Source: an uncultured Methanospirillum sp.
GTDB taxonomy: Archaea > Halobacteriota > Methanomicrobia > Methanomicrobiales > Methanospirillaceae
DNA: 29,889 bases
Reading direction: 5' to 3'
Assembly: GCA_964637135.1 (NCBI GenBank)
Contig: CAZWTX010000001.1
Location: 186,001 to 215,889 of the forward strand
The translations under genes were made by a program, and so were the position numbers. The stretch's first letter is position 1. Each line of letters starts with the position of its first letter. This document shows, piece after piece, positions 27,733 to 29,889 of the stretch. The notes beneath the pieces were generated by a model. That model was not told where the DNA came from, did not search any database, and worked only from the letters and a program-made list of their open reading frames with translations.

Positions 27733-28407
27733 ATGACGACCGGACCCGCCAGGAGACCGCAGGCCATCCTTTTCGACCTCGACAACACCCTCTGCAATTT
27801 TGTCGAGGCAAAACAGGCAGCCTGCAAGGCGGTAATCGACATGGTAGCAGCAGGATCGGCAGACGACCTCTTCGCCTACTTCCTCCGGCCGGTGCATGGA
27901 TTTGAGAATCCGGCGCATATCAGAGATTACCTCGTGGATATCAACTGGTTCTCAGAAGATTTCTTCCCGGAGATCACAGAGCGGTACGAGGACGTGAAGA
28001 TCAGGCATATCAGGCAGTACGAGGGGGTGACAATGACGCTCGAGAAGATTGCATCCCTCGGCATCCGGATGGCGGTCGTCACCGATGCCCAGACATCACA
28101 GGCTGAAAAACGACTTAAAAAGGCAGAGATAGAACATTTTTTCCCGGTTCTCGTTACCCCGGAAATATCTGGAAAACGAAAACCCTCCCATGACTCGTTC
28201 CTTCTCGCGCTCCAGTGCCTCGGAACCACGACACGCGAGACCTGGGTCGTCGGTGATTCGGTAAGACGGGAGATCATCCCGGGAAACGAGCTTGGGATGA
28301 CCACCGTTCATGCCGCGTACGGAGACTGGATGGATTTCAGGGATCCGGGAGGAGTTCCCGGACACACCATCTGGTCGTTTACGGAACTCCTTGATCTGCT
28401 GGTGTAA
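27733..28407 (+). CDS. HAD-superfamily hydrolase (subfamily IA)
   Basis: Motif I FDLDNTL, motif II VVTD, motif III KP, motif IV VGDS...G. Confidence 0.94.
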   Translation: MTTGPARRPQAILFDLDNTLCNFVEAKQAACKAVIDMVAAGSADDLFAYFLRPVHGFENPAHIRDYLVDINWFSEDFFPEITERYEDVKIRHIRQYEGVTMTLEKIASLGIRMAVVTDAQTSQAEKRLKKAEIEHFFPVLVTPEISGKRKPSHDSFLLALQCLGTTTRETWVVGDSVRREIIPGNELGMTTVHAAYGDWMDFRDPGGVPGHTIWSFTELLDLLV

Positions 28408-29818
28408 CGAAAACAGCTGCCGGCTCCCCGGACGGTTTCGCGATCCGGTACCCGTCATGGGGAACGACCATCTCAAACCGGGCCCCTTTGTTCTCCTCAC
28501 CGGTTTCGCGGATGCTGATCCCGGTGATATCAAGGATCTCCATAACGAGGTACAATCCGTACCCCCGCCGGTCCCGGTGTACCGGCTTGAAGAGGGCCTT
28601 CTTCTCCTTATCACAGATCCCGGGACCGTTATCGGTATACGTACAGACGAGGCCCTCATGGGTAATCGCATACGAAAACGAGACGCAGACCGGCTTTTCA
28701 TTCGCCGCGACGATGCTGTTTGCGAGCAGCTCGTAGATAACATGCTCAAACATCCGGTCTGCGTAGATGTGGACCCCGGTAAGGGCGATATCGGTGACAA
28801 ACCTCCCCGTATATTCATGCCGGGAGAGGACCCGCTTCACACAGACGTCAACATCGATCCACTCGGGCGGAGTCAGACCAATCCCCTGGTACTTCCGGGT
28901 CATATCCATGATCCGCTTAATCCGCTCGCCGATCTCTTTCTCTTTCTGGATCAGGAGACGGGCTTCTTCATCCTCAATGAGGTCACCGATGATCTCAAGG
29001 TACCCGAGAAAACCCATCACCATGTTGATGACGTCATGTCTAACACCGGAATTGAGAAGGTTGAGTTTTTCGGTCGTACGCCGGGCGGCTTCACCGGCAC
29101 GGACGAGTTCATCAATGTCATGGGTAGAGGAAAGGATCTCCCGGATGGATGGGGTATCGGTGCTGAACACCCCGCAGAACTCTGTTACCACCCACCGGTA
29201 CTGGTCATGGCAGTTCCTGAGCCGGTACCGGCAGCTGACTACCTTCCCGTCCGGAGGAAGCGTGGACAGGGCCTGGTACACCCCCGGCCGGTCATCAGGA
29301 TGGATATTGATGAGGTATGACTGGCCGACAAGCGTCAGGGGACCGGCCCCGAAGTACTGTTCTGCACCGGCAGTAATCGCAAGAATGACTGCGTCACCGT
29401 CGAGCCGGAAGGTGAAGTCAGGAAGAACCTGCCCGATATCGCATGCCGGGATCTCCGGTTGGGCCGACTGGCCCGGCGACTGTTCGCCAATGACGGTTAT
29501 GAATACATCCCCGCTGATCCGGCAGATGGTGAGCGGAACAAGGTTACTCCCGGTTTCATCATGCAGAAACGAGTAAAAACATGCCCCGGCATCGATTTCA
29601 CCAGCATCATGAAGAAGCACGCCGAGATGGGTGGCAACGTATGGAGAGAAGAGATCCTCTATCCATCCCTCGGCTCGGATCGGCGTAAACCCGTGCTGCC
29701 CGGGAGGGGTGAGATCGGATACGCGGTATCCTCCCGATTCATCCTTCCTGACCAGAAGGAGAGTTCCTGCCGGTAATTTCTGTATTGCTGGTGCATCGCC
29801 CCCTGTCTGAATATTCAT
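28379..29818 (-). CDS. Cytoplasmic PAS-domain sensor histidine kinase
   Basis: PAS/PAC IHPDDR...YRLR...YRWV; H-box RHDVINMV; G1 DNGPGI; G2 GYGLYL; GISIRETG...GARFEM. Its 3' end overlaps the HAD gene by 29 bp. Confidence 0.93.
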   Translation of the reverse strand: MNIQTGGDAPAIQKLPAGTLLLVRKDESGGYRVSDLTPPGQHGFTPIRAEGWIEDLFSPYVATHLGVLLHDAGEIDAGACFYSFLHDETGSNLVPLTICRISGDVFITVIGEQSPGQSAQPEIPACDIGQVLPDFTFRLDGDAVILAITAGAEQYFGAGPLTLVGQSYLINIHPDDRPGVYQALSTLPPDGKVVSCRYRLRNCHDQYRWVVTEFCGVFSTDTPSIREILSSTHDIDELVRAGEAARRTTEKLNLLNSGVRHDVINMVMGFLGYLEIIGDLIEDEEARLLIQKEKEIGERIKRIMDMTRKYQGIGLTPPEWIDVDVCVKRVLSRHEYTGRFVTDIALTGVHIYADRMFEHVIYELLANSIVAANEKPVCVSFSYAITHEGLVCTYTDNGPGICDKEKKALFKPVHRDRRGYGLYLVMEILDITGISIRETGEENKGARFEMVVPHDGYRIAKPSGEPAAVFVTPADQGVP

Positions 29819-29889
29819 CCCCCCCGAAACAACCCCGAATCCAAGTATTATGTTGTAGCCTATCTAACCCATCCATCAAAATACTTCTT

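Noticed and set aside
28310..29320. 336-aa plus-strand ORF (and the 269-aa ORF at 28767-29576)
   Set aside because: Antisense shadows of the well-supported histidine kinase, with no recognisable motifs.
1..29889. CRISPR arrays, IS elements or integrase; frequent CCGG/GATC words
   Set aside because: No regularly spaced repeat-spacer array, transposase or recombinase motif was seen. CCGG/GATC richness is window-wide compositional bias, not a repeat family.

Overview
Chromosomal window from an archaeal methanogen, most likely Methanomicrobiales (Methanospirillum-like). This is inferred from the 'RHDxxN...GISIRETG' histidine kinase type, the 'NDQIRNPL...LDKGWVESEKIR' C-terminal domain, the iron-sulfur flavoprotein and a tRNA without encoded CCA. 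About 25 genes are present. The left part has a TetR/EFR1-ferredoxin/secreted C39-like peptidase unit divergent from a 3-gene MacB/LolD-type ABC export unit, followed by PAS, MCP and solute-binding sensor genes, a small Cys/His-rich exported protein and glycogen enzymes (MalQ, GH57/DUF3536). The middle has a second EFR1/Isf/TetR unit and an NCS2 permease with an extra C-terminal domain. The right part has a ~4 kb AT-rich island (GT-C-like membrane protein, GT2, SMR/EamA-like flippase) beside a tRNA fragment and tRNA-Val(TAC), then an RHH-HTH_17 protein, a HAD hydrolase and a PAS histidine kinase. The most notable observations are the Gtr/Arn-like three-component glycosylation island at a tRNA-associated site, tandem palindromic operators at both TetR/EFR1 units, the permease with a degenerate GHKL-like domain and no canonical start, and a His-less pseudo-kinase receptor. 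All family assignments come from motif recognition by eye; no searches were run.
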